NCBI GenBank assembly: GCA_022750155.1
Contig: JAKIWG010000001.1
Span: 81,138 to 145,137 of the forward strand
DNA length: 64,000 bases
Source: Thermoplasmata archaeon
Lineage (GTDB): Archaea; Thermoplasmatota; Thermoplasmata; Lutacidiplasmatales; UBA184
Direction: 5' to 3'
The number at the start of each line of letters is the position of its first letter. Position 1 is the first letter of the stretch. The notes below the pieces were generated by a model that saw only the letters and a list, made by a program, of their open reading frames with translations, did not search any database and was not told the DNA's origin. The position numbers and the translations under genes are program-made. Below, one piece after another: positions 28,113 to 36,938 of this stretch.

Positions 28113-28166
28113 GCGTCCCGGAGGCGGCCGGTCGGGCTATCCTTTCCCGGCGCCTGCACCGCGCCG

Positions 28167-28814
28167 GTGGTCCGCGAATCGGAGGGGGCCCGGGCGGTCG
28201 CGCTCGCCCGCGAGGCGATCGCCCATCACCTGACGGACCCCCACCCCGTCGAGCCCGGCGGCCGGGTCGTCCTCGCCGAGCTGCCCCCGCTGTTCCGGGA
28301 TCGCCGGGGAGTCTTCGTCACCCTGAAAAAGTGGCCGGGCGGGAATCTGCGCGGATGCATCGGCTTCCCGCTGCCCGTCTACCCCCTCGGGGTCGCGATT
28401 GCGCGGGCGGCGGTCGCGGCCGCCGTCGAGGACCCGCGCTTCCGTGCCGTCGTCCCCTCCGAGCTCGACCGTCTCACCGTCGAGGTCTCGGTATTGACTC
28501 CCCCCGAACCCCTGCCCGGGAGGGGCCGCGCGGATCGCATCGCCTCGGTCCAGGTCGGGCGAGACGGCCTGATCGTGGAGGGGGGTGGCGAGAGCGGACT
28601 CCTACTGCCCCAGGTCGCCGTGGAGTACGGGTGGGACCCCGAACGGTTCCTTCGCGAGACCTGCCGGAAGGCGGGCCTGCCTCCGACGGCCTGGCAGGAC
28701 CCGAACGTGGAGGTCCTGCGATTCCGTGCGGAGGTGTTCGCGGAGTCGAGGCCGGGCGGCCCCGTAGCTCCGGAGCCGACCGTCACGCCACCGACGGGGG
28801 ACGAGGTCGCATGA
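28167..28814 (+). CDS. AMMECR1-domain protein
   Basis: GTG 28167 in frame with ORF 27240..28814. GVFVTLKK...LRGCIGFPLP and DPRF motifs. Confidence 0.85.
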   Translation: MVRESEGARAVALAREAIAHHLTDPHPVEPGGRVVLAELPPLFRDRRGVFVTLKKWPGGNLRGCIGFPLPVYPLGVAIARAAVAAAVEDPRFRAVVPSELDRLTVEVSVLTPPEPLPGRGRADRIASVQVGRDGLIVEGGGESGLLLPQVAVEYGWDPERFLRETCRKAGLPPTAWQDPNVEVLRFRAEVFAESRPGGPVAPEPTVTPPTGDEVA

Positions 28815-31755
28815 TCGCGGCCAGCGGTACGCCATCGATCTCCCAGCGGTGTACCTCGGGATCCTCCGGTGCTCCGGAGTCGCGGAGTTGCGCCGCGTCG
28901 GCGAGAAGCTCGGTCGCGAGCTGATCCTTCCCCTCCTCGAGCGCGGCCCACAGTTCGCCCTCCGCGAAGATGGTGAGCTCGACCCGGTCGGTGTACCCGA
29001 GCCTCAGTTCCTTGCGAAGCTGCTGGAGCCGGCGCATCGTCTCCCGCCGGAGTCCCTCTCGCCGCAGCTCCGCGGAAGGCGTACGGGAGAGCGCGGCCCG
29101 CACCTGGTCTCCCGCAGAGCGGACCACCCACTCGCCCTCCGAGAACCCCGACTCGGGGGTCTGTTCCAGCCGTTCGATCCGGCGGACGTTCAGTTCCTCG
29201 GCGAGGAGCGCATCCCCGTCGGTGCCGAGGGCCGGGAGTCCCGGGCCGACGAGGACGAGGGTCGCGAGGGGGATCCGCGACTTCACCCCGGCACGCTGCC
29301 TCAGTTCACGCCCCACCTCGACGAGGTCGCGCAGTTCGGCCATCCCGACCTCGAGCGCGGGGTCGCGCCGTCCGGTGGGGGTCGGCCACGGCATGCCGTG
29401 CACGCTCTCGGAACCGACCGAGAATCCGTGCTCCCGCAACGTCTGGTAGGTGAACTCGGCGGTGAACGGGGCGAGCGGCGCCAGGAGCCGGGCGGTCGTG
29501 TCCAGGGCGAAGGCGAGCGTATCGTGGGCGTCCCGACGGTCCCGCGCATCCGCATCCGACCAGAAGCGGGGCCGCGACCGGCGGAGGTACCACGTGGACA
29601 GGTCGTCGACGAACGCACGCAGACTGACGGCGCCGCGGCGTGGTTCGAACCCCTCGAGCGAAGCGGTGACCTCCTCGATCGTCCCGTCGAGGCGGGAGAG
29701 CAGCCACCGGTCGAGCAGGGCCCGCGGGGAAGGGGGCACCTGCGGGTTCGGCAATCGGTCGGCGAGCGCGTTCTGTCGGTGAAACTCGAGGACGTTGAGG
29801 AACGTCTGGGGGATGCGGCCCCCCGTCTTGGCGATCGAGACGTCGGAGACCTTCAGGGGCTCTGTGTAGTCGCTCAGCAGGAACGCAAGGCGCACGACGT
29901 CGGCGCCGGCCCGCTCCAGCAGCCCCAGGGGCTCGACGGCGTTCCCGCGGGATTTGGACATCTTCAGGCCGGATTCGTCGAGCACGAGCCCGTTGCTGAT
30001 GCAGACCCGGTAGGCCGGCCGGTGGAACAGGGTCGTAGCGAGCACGAGGAGGGTGTAGAACCAACCGCGGGTCTGGTCGAGCCCCTCGGCGATGTAATCG
30101 AGGGGGGCGTCCGGGTCGAACGGGCCGGGCTCGAACGGGTAGTGGAACTGGGCGAACGGGGCGCACCCGCTGTCGAACCACCCGTCGATCGTGTACGGCT
30201 CCCGGCGGCTCGTCTCCCGGCACGTCGGACAGGGGAACTGGATCGCATCGACCGTCATGCGGTGCGGGTCGAGCGGGGTGGGAAGCTTCTGCCCGCTCAG
30301 GGTCTCGAGCTCGGCGAAGCTCCCCACGCAGGTGGCGTGCCGGTTCGGACAGAGCCAGAGGGGGAGCGGGGTCCCCCAGTAGCGGTTACGCGAGAGCGCC
30401 CAGTCCTTCGCCTCGTCGAGGAAGTTGCCGAATCGTCCGTCCCGGAGGTGGGATGGGTTCCACTGTACCCGTTGGTTGTTCGCCACGAGCTCCGGCACGA
30501 CGCGCGACGTCCGCACGAACCAGGAGTCGATCGCGCGGTAGATGAGGGGGTTCGAGCACCTCCAGCAGAACGGGTAGGTGTGCGAGACCTTCCCGGAAGA
30601 GTGGAGCCGGCCGGCCCCGTGCAGTTCGGCCAGCAGGAGCGCGTCGGCCGCCTTGAAGCCCTTCCCCGCCACCGGCGGGACCATGGCGGTGAACACCCCT
30701 CGGCTGTCGAGCGGGTCGAACACCCCGACCCCTTCGCGCGCGCCGATCCGCTGGTCCTCGATCCCGAAGCTGGGGGCGATATGGACGAACCCGGTTCCCT
30801 CCGATGCATCGACCATCGCGTCGAGGACGACGCGGTATCGCCCGGGTCCCGGGCCCGCGTAGGGGAACGGAGGGAGGTATGCCCATCCCTTCAGCTCGGA
30901 GCCCAGGCGACGCCCCCGGACCGGGGTCCCTGCCGGGAAGTAGCGGGAGAGGGCCGGCTCCGCGACCCACAGGTCGCTTCCGTCCTCGGCGGGGACCGCC
31001 ACGTACGCCAGCTCTTTGCGGGCCGCGATGAGCAGGTTCGAGGGGAGGGTCCACGGGGTGGTCGTCCAGACGAGGAGGCTCGCGGGCCGCCCGTCGGGAG
31101 GCTCGACGAGCGGAAAGCGGACGGTGACCGACGGGTCGGTCGTCTCGCGGTATCCCTGCGCCACCTCGTGGGAGGAGAGCGGGGTCTCGCACCGCGGGCA
31201 GTACGGGAGGACGTAGTGGCCCTTCTCGAGCAGCCCCCGGTCGAAGAGGGTGCGTAGCGCCCACCAGACGCTCTCGATGTAGGCCGGGCTCATCGTGTAG
31301 TACGCATGCTCGTAGTCGAGCCAGTAGCCGAGCCGGCGGCTCATCTCCTGCCAGACTGCGGCCACCTCGAGGGCGCCGGATCGGCATTCCTCACAGAACT
31401 TCGCGACGCCGTAGGCCTCGATCTCCTTCTTCGATTTCAGCCCGTGCTTCTTCTCGATCTCGAGCTCCACCGGCAGCCCGTGGCAGTCCCAGCCGGCCAT
31501 CGGGCTCACGATACGGAACCCGCGCATCCGGCGGTACCTCAGCTCGACATCCTTCAGGGCCCGCGCCACGAGGTGTCCGAGGTGGGGCGCCCCGTTCGCC
31601 GTGGGGGGTCCCTCGGTGAACCGGAAGATCGGCCCGTCCGCCGACCCGGCTTGCAGGCGCTGGGCGGTGCCGGAGGCGTCCCAGTAGGCGAGTACGCGCC
31701 GCTGGACCTCCACGGCCGGTGCGATGCCGGAGGGTTCGGCCTCCTCGGCGGACAT
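28783..31755 (-). CDS. ileS: isoleucine-tRNA ligase
   Basis: ATG 31755. HIGH-type motif PTANGAPHLGH, KMSKS motif LKMSKSRGN, CP1 editing domain and zinc-binding CPRCETP. Confidence 0.95.
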   Translation of the reverse strand: MSAEEAEPSGIAPAVEVQRRVLAYWDASGTAQRLQAGSADGPIFRFTEGPPTANGAPHLGHLVARALKDVELRYRRMRGFRIVSPMAGWDCHGLPVELEIEKKHGLKSKKEIEAYGVAKFCEECRSGALEVAAVWQEMSRRLGYWLDYEHAYYTMSPAYIESVWWALRTLFDRGLLEKGHYVLPYCPRCETPLSSHEVAQGYRETTDPSVTVRFPLVEPPDGRPASLLVWTTTPWTLPSNLLIAARKELAYVAVPAEDGSDLWVAEPALSRYFPAGTPVRGRRLGSELKGWAYLPPFPYAGPGPGRYRVVLDAMVDASEGTGFVHIAPSFGIEDQRIGAREGVGVFDPLDSRGVFTAMVPPVAGKGFKAADALLLAELHGAGRLHSSGKVSHTYPFCWRCSNPLIYRAIDSWFVRTSRVVPELVANNQRVQWNPSHLRDGRFGNFLDEAKDWALSRNRYWGTPLPLWLCPNRHATCVGSFAELETLSGQKLPTPLDPHRMTVDAIQFPCPTCRETSRREPYTIDGWFDSGCAPFAQFHYPFEPGPFDPDAPLDYIAEGLDQTRGWFYTLLVLATTLFHRPAYRVCISNGLVLDESGLKMSKSRGNAVEPLGLLERAGADVVRLAFLLSDYTEPLKVSDVSIAKTGGRIPQTFLNVLEFHRQNALADRLPNPQVPPSPRALLDRWLLSRLDGTIEEVTASLEGFEPRRGAVSLRAFVDDLSTWYLRRSRPRFWSDADARDRRDAHDTLAFALDTTARLLAPLAPFTAEFTYQTLREHGFSVGSESVHGMPWPTPTGRRDPALEVGMAELRDLVEVGRELRQRAGVKSRIPLATLVLVGPGLPALGTDGDALLAEELNVRRIERLEQTPESGFSEGEWVVRSAGDQVRAALSRTPSAELRREGLRRETMRRLQQLRKELRLGYTDRVELTIFAEGELWAALEEGKDQLATELLADAAQLRDSGAPEDPEVHRWEIDGVPLAAIMRPRPPSVA

Positions 31756-31814
31756 CGAGCCTCCGACGCGGGCGACGCTGATAACGTGACCGAGCCCGGG
31801 GGGATTTCCCGGCG

Positions 31815-32642
31815 CTATCGGAACTTCCCCGGAGGTCGCTCGAACGTCGCCTCGGGGCCGACATACGAGGAGCGGTGGCGTTCGACGACCGTCCCGTCGA
31901 CCCGCGCGATGTGGCAACCCGGGCCGAGGAATACCTTCTCGGCGCGGACGTACTCGCATTGCACGGATTCGAGGTGGACCTCGCGCGCCTCGATCCGCAA
32001 CGCCTGCAATCGGTCGGCCGAGCCGCCCAGGCCCCCCGGGCGCCGCAGCGCGATCGAGTCGCACAGGATCGAGCCGACGGCGCTCGCGGAGCGCAACCGT
32101 CCCTCGATCGAGCCGGCCCGCAACGTCCCCGGGATGCGCAGGGTCCCATCGAACGCGAATACCCCCTGGACGGTGACGTCGGCGTCGGTTTCCATGCGGC
32201 CGTCGAGGCGGGCGGTTCGCCCTACCCCCACCGGACCCTGGACCTTCAAGCGGCCCCGGACCACCAGTTCGCCGCAACGGAGCCCGGCCAGCAGCCGCGA
32301 ATCACCGGCGAGTCGCAGCGCCCCTTGAACCTCGACCCGACCGAACACCTCGGCGTCGGCCTCCGAGGAGAACTCCTCGGCGTTGATCGTGCCCCGGACG
32401 GAGAGCGGGCCGACGACCCGGCCCGAGCCGAGGTCCACGTCCCCGAGGACCTTCGCCCCGGCGTGGGCGATCCACCGGGCACTCCGGACCGAGTCACGAC
32501 GGACCGGCCCGCGGTCCTCGATCGGATTGGGGCGAGGCGTCGCCGCGGCGGGCGGAGCGGAGGTCGGGGCCATCTGGACGGGCGGGACCGGGAGGGACCC
32601 CTGGCCCGCGGGCACCGGAGCTACGGGCGAAACGGCGGCCAC
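31815..32642 (-). CDS. bactofilin-like (polymer-forming cytoskeletal, beta-helix repeat) protein
   Basis: Pro/Ala-rich N-terminus, then about 190 aa of short repeats of type G-x-V-x-G/R-x-h (VLGDVDLGSGRVVGPLSVRGTI..., VFGRVEVQGALRLAG..., LVVRGRLKVQGPVGVG...). Start is GTG 32642 or ATG 32573. Confidence 0.6.
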   Translation of the reverse strand: MAAVSPVAPVPAGQGSLPVPPVQMAPTSAPPAAATPRPNPIEDRGPVRRDSVRSARWIAHAGAKVLGDVDLGSGRVVGPLSVRGTINAEEFSSEADAEVFGRVEVQGALRLAGDSRLLAGLRCGELVVRGRLKVQGPVGVGRTARLDGRMETDADVTVQGVFAFDGTLRIPGTLRAGSIEGRLRSASAVGSILCDSIALRRPGGLGGSADRLQALRIEAREVHLESVQCEYVRAEKVFLGPGCHIARVDGTVVERHRSSYVGPEATFERPPGKFR

Positions 32643-32648
32643 CGAAAT

Positions 32649-33098
32649 TCACCCCGGCGTCGCGCGGGACTGGGCCGGGCGGGCAGCGATCCCGTGGCGA
32701 CGATGTTCGATCTTCATGCAGAGGTTCTGGAACACGGGAACTCCCGCCCTCTCCGCGGCGGATGCCCCCGATGGGCTCTCGACCCCGAGCTGCATCCAGA
32801 TCGCACCGACCCCGCGCGCGAGCGCCTCCTCCACCACGGGGGGAACGTCCTCACTGCGACGGAAAATGTCCACGATGTCGATGTGGACGTCCGCGGGGAT
32901 GGCCGAGATCGACGGGTACGCCGTCTCGCCGAGCACATCGCGGAGCCGCGGGTTCACGGGAACGACGCGGTAGCCCTGGGATTGGAGGTACCGGGCCACA
33001 TCGTTCGAGTCCCGGTCCGGCTTGTCGGAGAGCCCCACGACGGCGATCGTCCGGGCGGACTCCAGCACCCTGCGGATCTCCTTCGGGTCCGATGGCAT
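32649..33098 (-). CDS. CoA-binding domain protein (YccU/YneT-like)
   Basis: IAVVGLSDKPDRDSNDVARYLQSQGYRVVPVNP ... VDIFR ... IWMQLG is the classic small CoA-binding protein pattern. Confidence 0.85.
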   Translation of the reverse strand: MPSDPKEIRRVLESARTIAVVGLSDKPDRDSNDVARYLQSQGYRVVPVNPRLRDVLGETAYPSISAIPADVHIDIVDIFRRSEDVPPVVEEALARGVGAIWMQLGVESPSGASAAERAGVPVFQNLCMKIEHRRHGIAARPAQSRATPG

Positions 33099-33197
33099 CG
33101 GGGGCCGGACCCGGGCGAGTTACATGAGGGCTCCGCCCAGCTTCCCCCGTCGCGCGGCCGCTCCCCCGGGGCGAACGGCTCCTAGCGGTGAGCGGCT

Positions 33198-33491
33198 TCA
33201 GACGTACTTCTGGTCCGTGTAGCAGTACCAGCGGTTGTACTGGGCCACCCAGGTGGCCGGCTTGCCGCAGGTCGGGCAGTTCACGGGGGCGGCGGCCATG
33301 GGCGCGGGAGCGGCGACCGGGGCCATCGGCTGCTGGGGCATGGCGTAGCCCGCGGGCACCATCGTCTGGACCGGTACCTTCGGGCGCGTGAAGTAGTAGA
33401 TGATGGCGGCCGGCCAACAGACGATCACCAGGAGGATCAGCAGCCAGAGCGTGAACTGGCGCTTGTACTCCACGGTCCCCGGGTATCCCAT
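33198..33491 (-). CDS. small single-TM protein with a C-terminal half zinc-ribbon
   Basis: TM segment FTLWLLILLVIVCWPAAIIYYF, then CPTCGKPATWVAQYNRWYCYTDQKY. ATG 33491 is preferred; GTG 33527 is the track start. Confidence 0.5.
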   Translation of the reverse strand: MGYPGTVEYKRQFTLWLLILLVIVCWPAAIIYYFTRPKVPVQTMVPAGYAMPQQPMAPVAAPAPMAAAPVNCPTCGKPATWVAQYNRWYCYTDQKYV

Positions 33492-33519
33492 GCCCTTTGG
33501 TATGCGAGCATCTATTTGA

Positions 33520-34053
33520 ATGCTCACGTTTCCGAGACGTGTGACGGTGGGACCTCCCGGACCGCCACTTCCGACCGGTCGGAGCTTTCTGCTCTCCCAC
33601 CACCTGCCGGGGCACTACGACCGGACGATCTCCGTGCCCGGGACCCGGGGCTCGGTCCACCTGTGCACCCGCTGCACGGGGCAGGCCCTGGGCGGGCTGG
33701 GCTACCTGGTCGTGCTCCTGACGGGAGCGTTGGCGATCGGGGTCCTGCTCGAGCCCCGGGTCCAGGTTCTCTGGGCGGTCGCGCCGTTGCCCGCCGCGGC
33801 CGATTGGTTGCGGCAGAGCGTGCGGGGCGGCGAATCGACGAACGCCCGGAGGCTCCTCACCGGCGGGTTGTTGGGCGCGGCCCTGTTCGACGTCCTCCTG
33901 CTGGCAGCGACCCGACAATGGTCCGACCTGCTGATCGCGGCCGCGGTGTTCCTCGCCTATGGGCTCGCGGTCGCGGCCGTGCTCTTTGCGAGCGGTGCGT
34001 GGCGACGGGTGCTGGAAGAGCACCTTCCTGGGATCGCCCTCCCCCCCTCGTAG
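33520..34053 (+). CDS. DUF2085-like membrane protein
   Basis: SHHLPGHYDRT ... HLCTRCTGQALG followed by 3-4 TM segments, as in DUF2085. The start is uncertain (ATG 33520 or GTG around 33541). Confidence 0.6.
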   Translation: MLTFPRRVTVGPPGPPLPTGRSFLLSHHLPGHYDRTISVPGTRGSVHLCTRCTGQALGGLGYLVVLLTGALAIGVLLEPRVQVLWAVAPLPAAADWLRQSVRGGESTNARRLLTGGLLGAALFDVLLLAATRQWSDLLIAAAVFLAYGLAVAAVLFASGAWRRVLEEHLPGIALPPS

Positions 34054-34061
34054 ACGGCGCG

Positions 34062-36938
34062 TCACCCGGAGGGCGTGGTCCCCCCATCGTCATCGCCCGA
34101 CGGGGGGCGGCGTCGGATGACCACGACCGCGATGACGGTGGCGGCCGCGACGCACGCCGTCGCACCGACCACCAGCAGGACGGGGAACGGGGTGGCCGCC
34201 GTCGTGACGGTCACCCCCGTGCCGGGATGTCCCTCGCCGGCCGAGTTCACCGCGCTGACCGCGAAGCGGTACGTAGCCCCGGGGGAGAGGCCGTCGACCG
34301 CCCCCTGGGTGACGTCGCCCAGGTGGAAGAGCCCGCTGCCCGGACCACCGGTCACGTTGACGGTGTAGGCCGTCACCGGGGCACCGTCGTCGACCGTGGG
34401 AGCGGTCCAGGCGAGGTCCACGACCGTCGACCCCGCGAGCGTCGCCGAGAGGTTGGTGGTCGGAAACGGCACCCCCGCCGCCGTGGCCACCACCCCCACC
34501 GACTCGGGGCCGGTGCCATCGACGGAGGTGGCCGAGGCCCGCACGAGGTACGGCTCCCCGTTGGTGAGGCCGGTGAGGGCGAACGGCGAGGAGTTCCGGA
34601 GGTACGCGGAGCGGTTCTCTCCTCCGATGGGACCGATGCTGATGGTGTAGGTGGTAGCCGCGGACGCCCCGGGGGAGGAGGGAGCTCCCCAGCTGATCGA
34701 AAGGGTACTGTTCCCCGGCGACGCCGAAAGGGCGGTGGGGGGAGAGGGCGCCGCCAGGATTCCCAGCAGATCGCCGGCGCCTCCGTCGAGCTCGGGCGCG
34801 ACGACGACCCCCCGCGCCGGGTCGAAGAGGAGTCCTCCGGAGGGCGCGCGCAGGGGGAGGACCCCGGCAAAGGAGCGGTTCGAGAGCGTGAACACAGAGA
34901 GGCCGGCGGCGGGTCCTCCGGAGGTCAGGAGGAGCCCGTCGCGGTCGTCGACGGTGAGCACCGTCGCGCGTCCGGGGAGGTTCACCCCGGGGGCCTCGAA
35001 GACGGACGATGCCGAAATCTGGAGGATCGCCACGTGGGTGCCCGTCCCGTCCAGCACGAAGACGTCGCCGGACAGGTTGACCGAAAGCGCCGAAGGGTTC
35101 GGACCGACCGACGTCGCCCCGATCCGGCCGAGGGAGCCCCCGCTCACCTGCGTGACGTTCCCGGCCCCGCCGCAGTTCGAGACGAACGCCGAGTCCAACG
35201 GGGGGTCGGCCGCCAGGGCGCAGACGACTACGCCGGGGACCGGGACGGTCCCCAGGACGGATCCGCCCGGGAGGGCGAGGACCGAGACCGAGTGGGCGGA
35301 CGGGTCGGCCAGGTAGAGCCGATGGTGCGCCGGATCGACGGAGAGCAGCATTCCGGGGATCGCCCCCACGGTGAGCGGGTGGAACCGGGTGATCAGGGTC
35401 CCGTTCCCGCTCTCGTAGACATCGACCGCCCCCGAAGACTCGTCGGCGAGGTAGGCCCGGCCCGTGGTCGGGTCGACCGAGAGGCTGCTGGGGCTCTCGC
35501 CCGATGGGAGCGGCACGACGTACGCCGTCGAGCCGGTGGTCTCGTTGACCCCCCAGAGCTCGCCGGGCGAGCGGCCCAGGAGGACGGCGATCCCCGTCGT
35601 GGGGTCGACCCCGACCCCCGCGAACGAGGCCGGGAAGGAGGAGTACGTCGCGAGGGGAGCGAGCGTCGGGACGGAGAACGAGCGCGTGGTGCCGTTCCCC
35701 GGCCCGCCCGCGACGACGAGCGCGTGGACGGCGTCCACGGCGAGGGTCTTGAACGGGTGGGCGGCGCCCGGCGTTCCGGCGGAGGAGGCGATGCGGGCCC
35801 CGGTCGTCGCGTTGTACGTGGAGAGCTGCTCGGAGCCGTTGACATCGCTCGTGACGAGCACGTTGTCGATCGGGTCGAAGATCATCGCCGCCTCGCGGGG
35901 CTCGATCCCCGGGACGTTCGCCACGATCTGGTCGCTCGCGAGGTCGACCTTCAGGAGCGTGCCGTTCGCCTGGTTGAACGTGTAATTCTCGACCCAGAGC
36001 ATCCCGGAGCGCGAGTCGAACGCGGCCCAGGCCATGATCGTGGTCGGGGGCCCGGTGATGGTGGCGGCCACCGAGTCGTTCTGGGTGCTCACGACCACGA
36101 GCTGCTCCTGGCAGGTGGGGATGATCAGGTCGTGGAGCGACGGGATGTCGAGCAGACCGTAGCCGTGGTCCGCGCACTGCATCACCCCGCAGTCGATGTA
36201 CGTCCTCAGGGCACCGGCGGCGATGTCGATCGCCGCGACGGTCCCCCCGCTCGCGTTCTCGACGAACAGTTGGCGGGTGGCTCCGTCGAACGCCATGAAG
36301 CTCGGCTCGAACGGCGGGGTGGGGTACGTCGGGAACGTGAAGTTGGTCTCGATCGACAGCGTGGCTGCGTTGAGCGCGAGGACCCATCCGGAGGGGGCGG
36401 CGCCGGCGATCCCCGCGTAGCGGTTCGACACCGACACGTAGAGGCTGCCGTTCGGCGCGTCCAGGGCGAGCGCGAAGGGGAAGGAACCGGAAAGGACGTT
36501 GGCGACGACGATCGAGTGAAGGAGGGTTCCGTTGACCTCGCCGAAGGAGGTCACCGTACCGGCGTTGGTGTTCGCGGCGTAGACCGTCCGGGTCGCCGGG
36601 TCGACGGCGAGCCCCGAAACGGAGTTGACGACGCCGTTCAATGCAATGGTCGGCGCAGTGAAGAACCGGCCGCCGACGGGCCCCGAGTTGGAGGGGGCCT
36701 CGATGATCGCGGGTGGGGGGCTTGCCCCCGTCGGGGCCGCCGGAACGAGGGATGTGATTCGCTCCGCAGCCTTCGCCGTCCCTCCCGACGGCAGCCACCC
36801 GGGGGCGAGCACGATTAGGGCGAGGCCGATGACCGCCACGGCGACCCCGCGTCGCGGAGGGGCTTCGAGGCCGAAAGCGAGTCGGACACGCGCTCGGGGG
36901 GCGGGCCTACTCGAAGTGTCCGACCGAACTGCCACCAT
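34062..36938 (-). CDS. large surface protein: N-terminal anchor, about 13 YVTN-type beta-propeller repeats, two fibronectin-III domains, C-terminal TM anchor
   Basis: Repeats of type L-x-V/F-D-P-x-x-x-x-h-Y-V/L-A-x (LAVDPATRTVYAAN, LSVDPTTGRAYLAD, LSVDPAHHRLYLAD ...). FN3-like LSISWGAPS...TYTISI and VDLAWTAPT...AYTVNV. C-terminal VLLVVGATACVAAATVIAVVVIRRR. Confidence 0.8.
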   Translation of the reverse strand: MVAVRSDTSSRPAPRARVRLAFGLEAPPRRGVAVAVIGLALIVLAPGWLPSGGTAKAAERITSLVPAAPTGASPPPAIIEAPSNSGPVGGRFFTAPTIALNGVVNSVSGLAVDPATRTVYAANTNAGTVTSFGEVNGTLLHSIVVANVLSGSFPFALALDAPNGSLYVSVSNRYAGIAGAAPSGWVLALNAATLSIETNFTFPTYPTPPFEPSFMAFDGATRQLFVENASGGTVAAIDIAAGALRTYIDCGVMQCADHGYGLLDIPSLHDLIIPTCQEQLVVVSTQNDSVAATITGPPTTIMAWAAFDSRSGMLWVENYTFNQANGTLLKVDLASDQIVANVPGIEPREAAMIFDPIDNVLVTSDVNGSEQLSTYNATTGARIASSAGTPGAAHPFKTLAVDAVHALVVAGGPGNGTTRSFSVPTLAPLATYSSFPASFAGVGVDPTTGIAVLLGRSPGELWGVNETTGSTAYVVPLPSGESPSSLSVDPTTGRAYLADESSGAVDVYESGNGTLITRFHPLTVGAIPGMLLSVDPAHHRLYLADPSAHSVSVLALPGGSVLGTVPVPGVVVCALAADPPLDSAFVSNCGGAGNVTQVSGGSLGRIGATSVGPNPSALSVNLSGDVFVLDGTGTHVAILQISASSVFEAPGVNLPGRATVLTVDDRDGLLLTSGGPAAGLSVFTLSNRSFAGVLPLRAPSGGLLFDPARGVVVAPELDGGAGDLLGILAAPSPPTALSASPGNSTLSISWGAPSSPGASAATTYTISIGPIGGENRSAYLRNSSPFALTGLTNGEPYLVRASATSVDGTGPESVGVVATAAGVPFPTTNLSATLAGSTVVDLAWTAPTVDDGAPVTAYTVNVTGGPGSGLFHLGDVTQGAVDGLSPGATYRFAVSAVNSAGEGHPGTGVTVTTAATPFPVLLVVGATACVAAATVIAVVVIRRRPPSGDDDGGTTPSG

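Noticed and set aside
28783-28814. Three gene overlaps of exactly 32 nt (28783-28814, 36907-36938, 42085-42116)
   Set aside because: The three overlap sequences share no similarity, and two are convergent while one is tandem. The identical length is most simply a coincidence, and the 36938 start is itself uncertain.
29641-29655. GGTTCGAACCCC, a tRNA T-arm-like motif
   Set aside because: It lies inside the IleRS coding sequence. No complementary acceptor or anticodon arm can be built around it.
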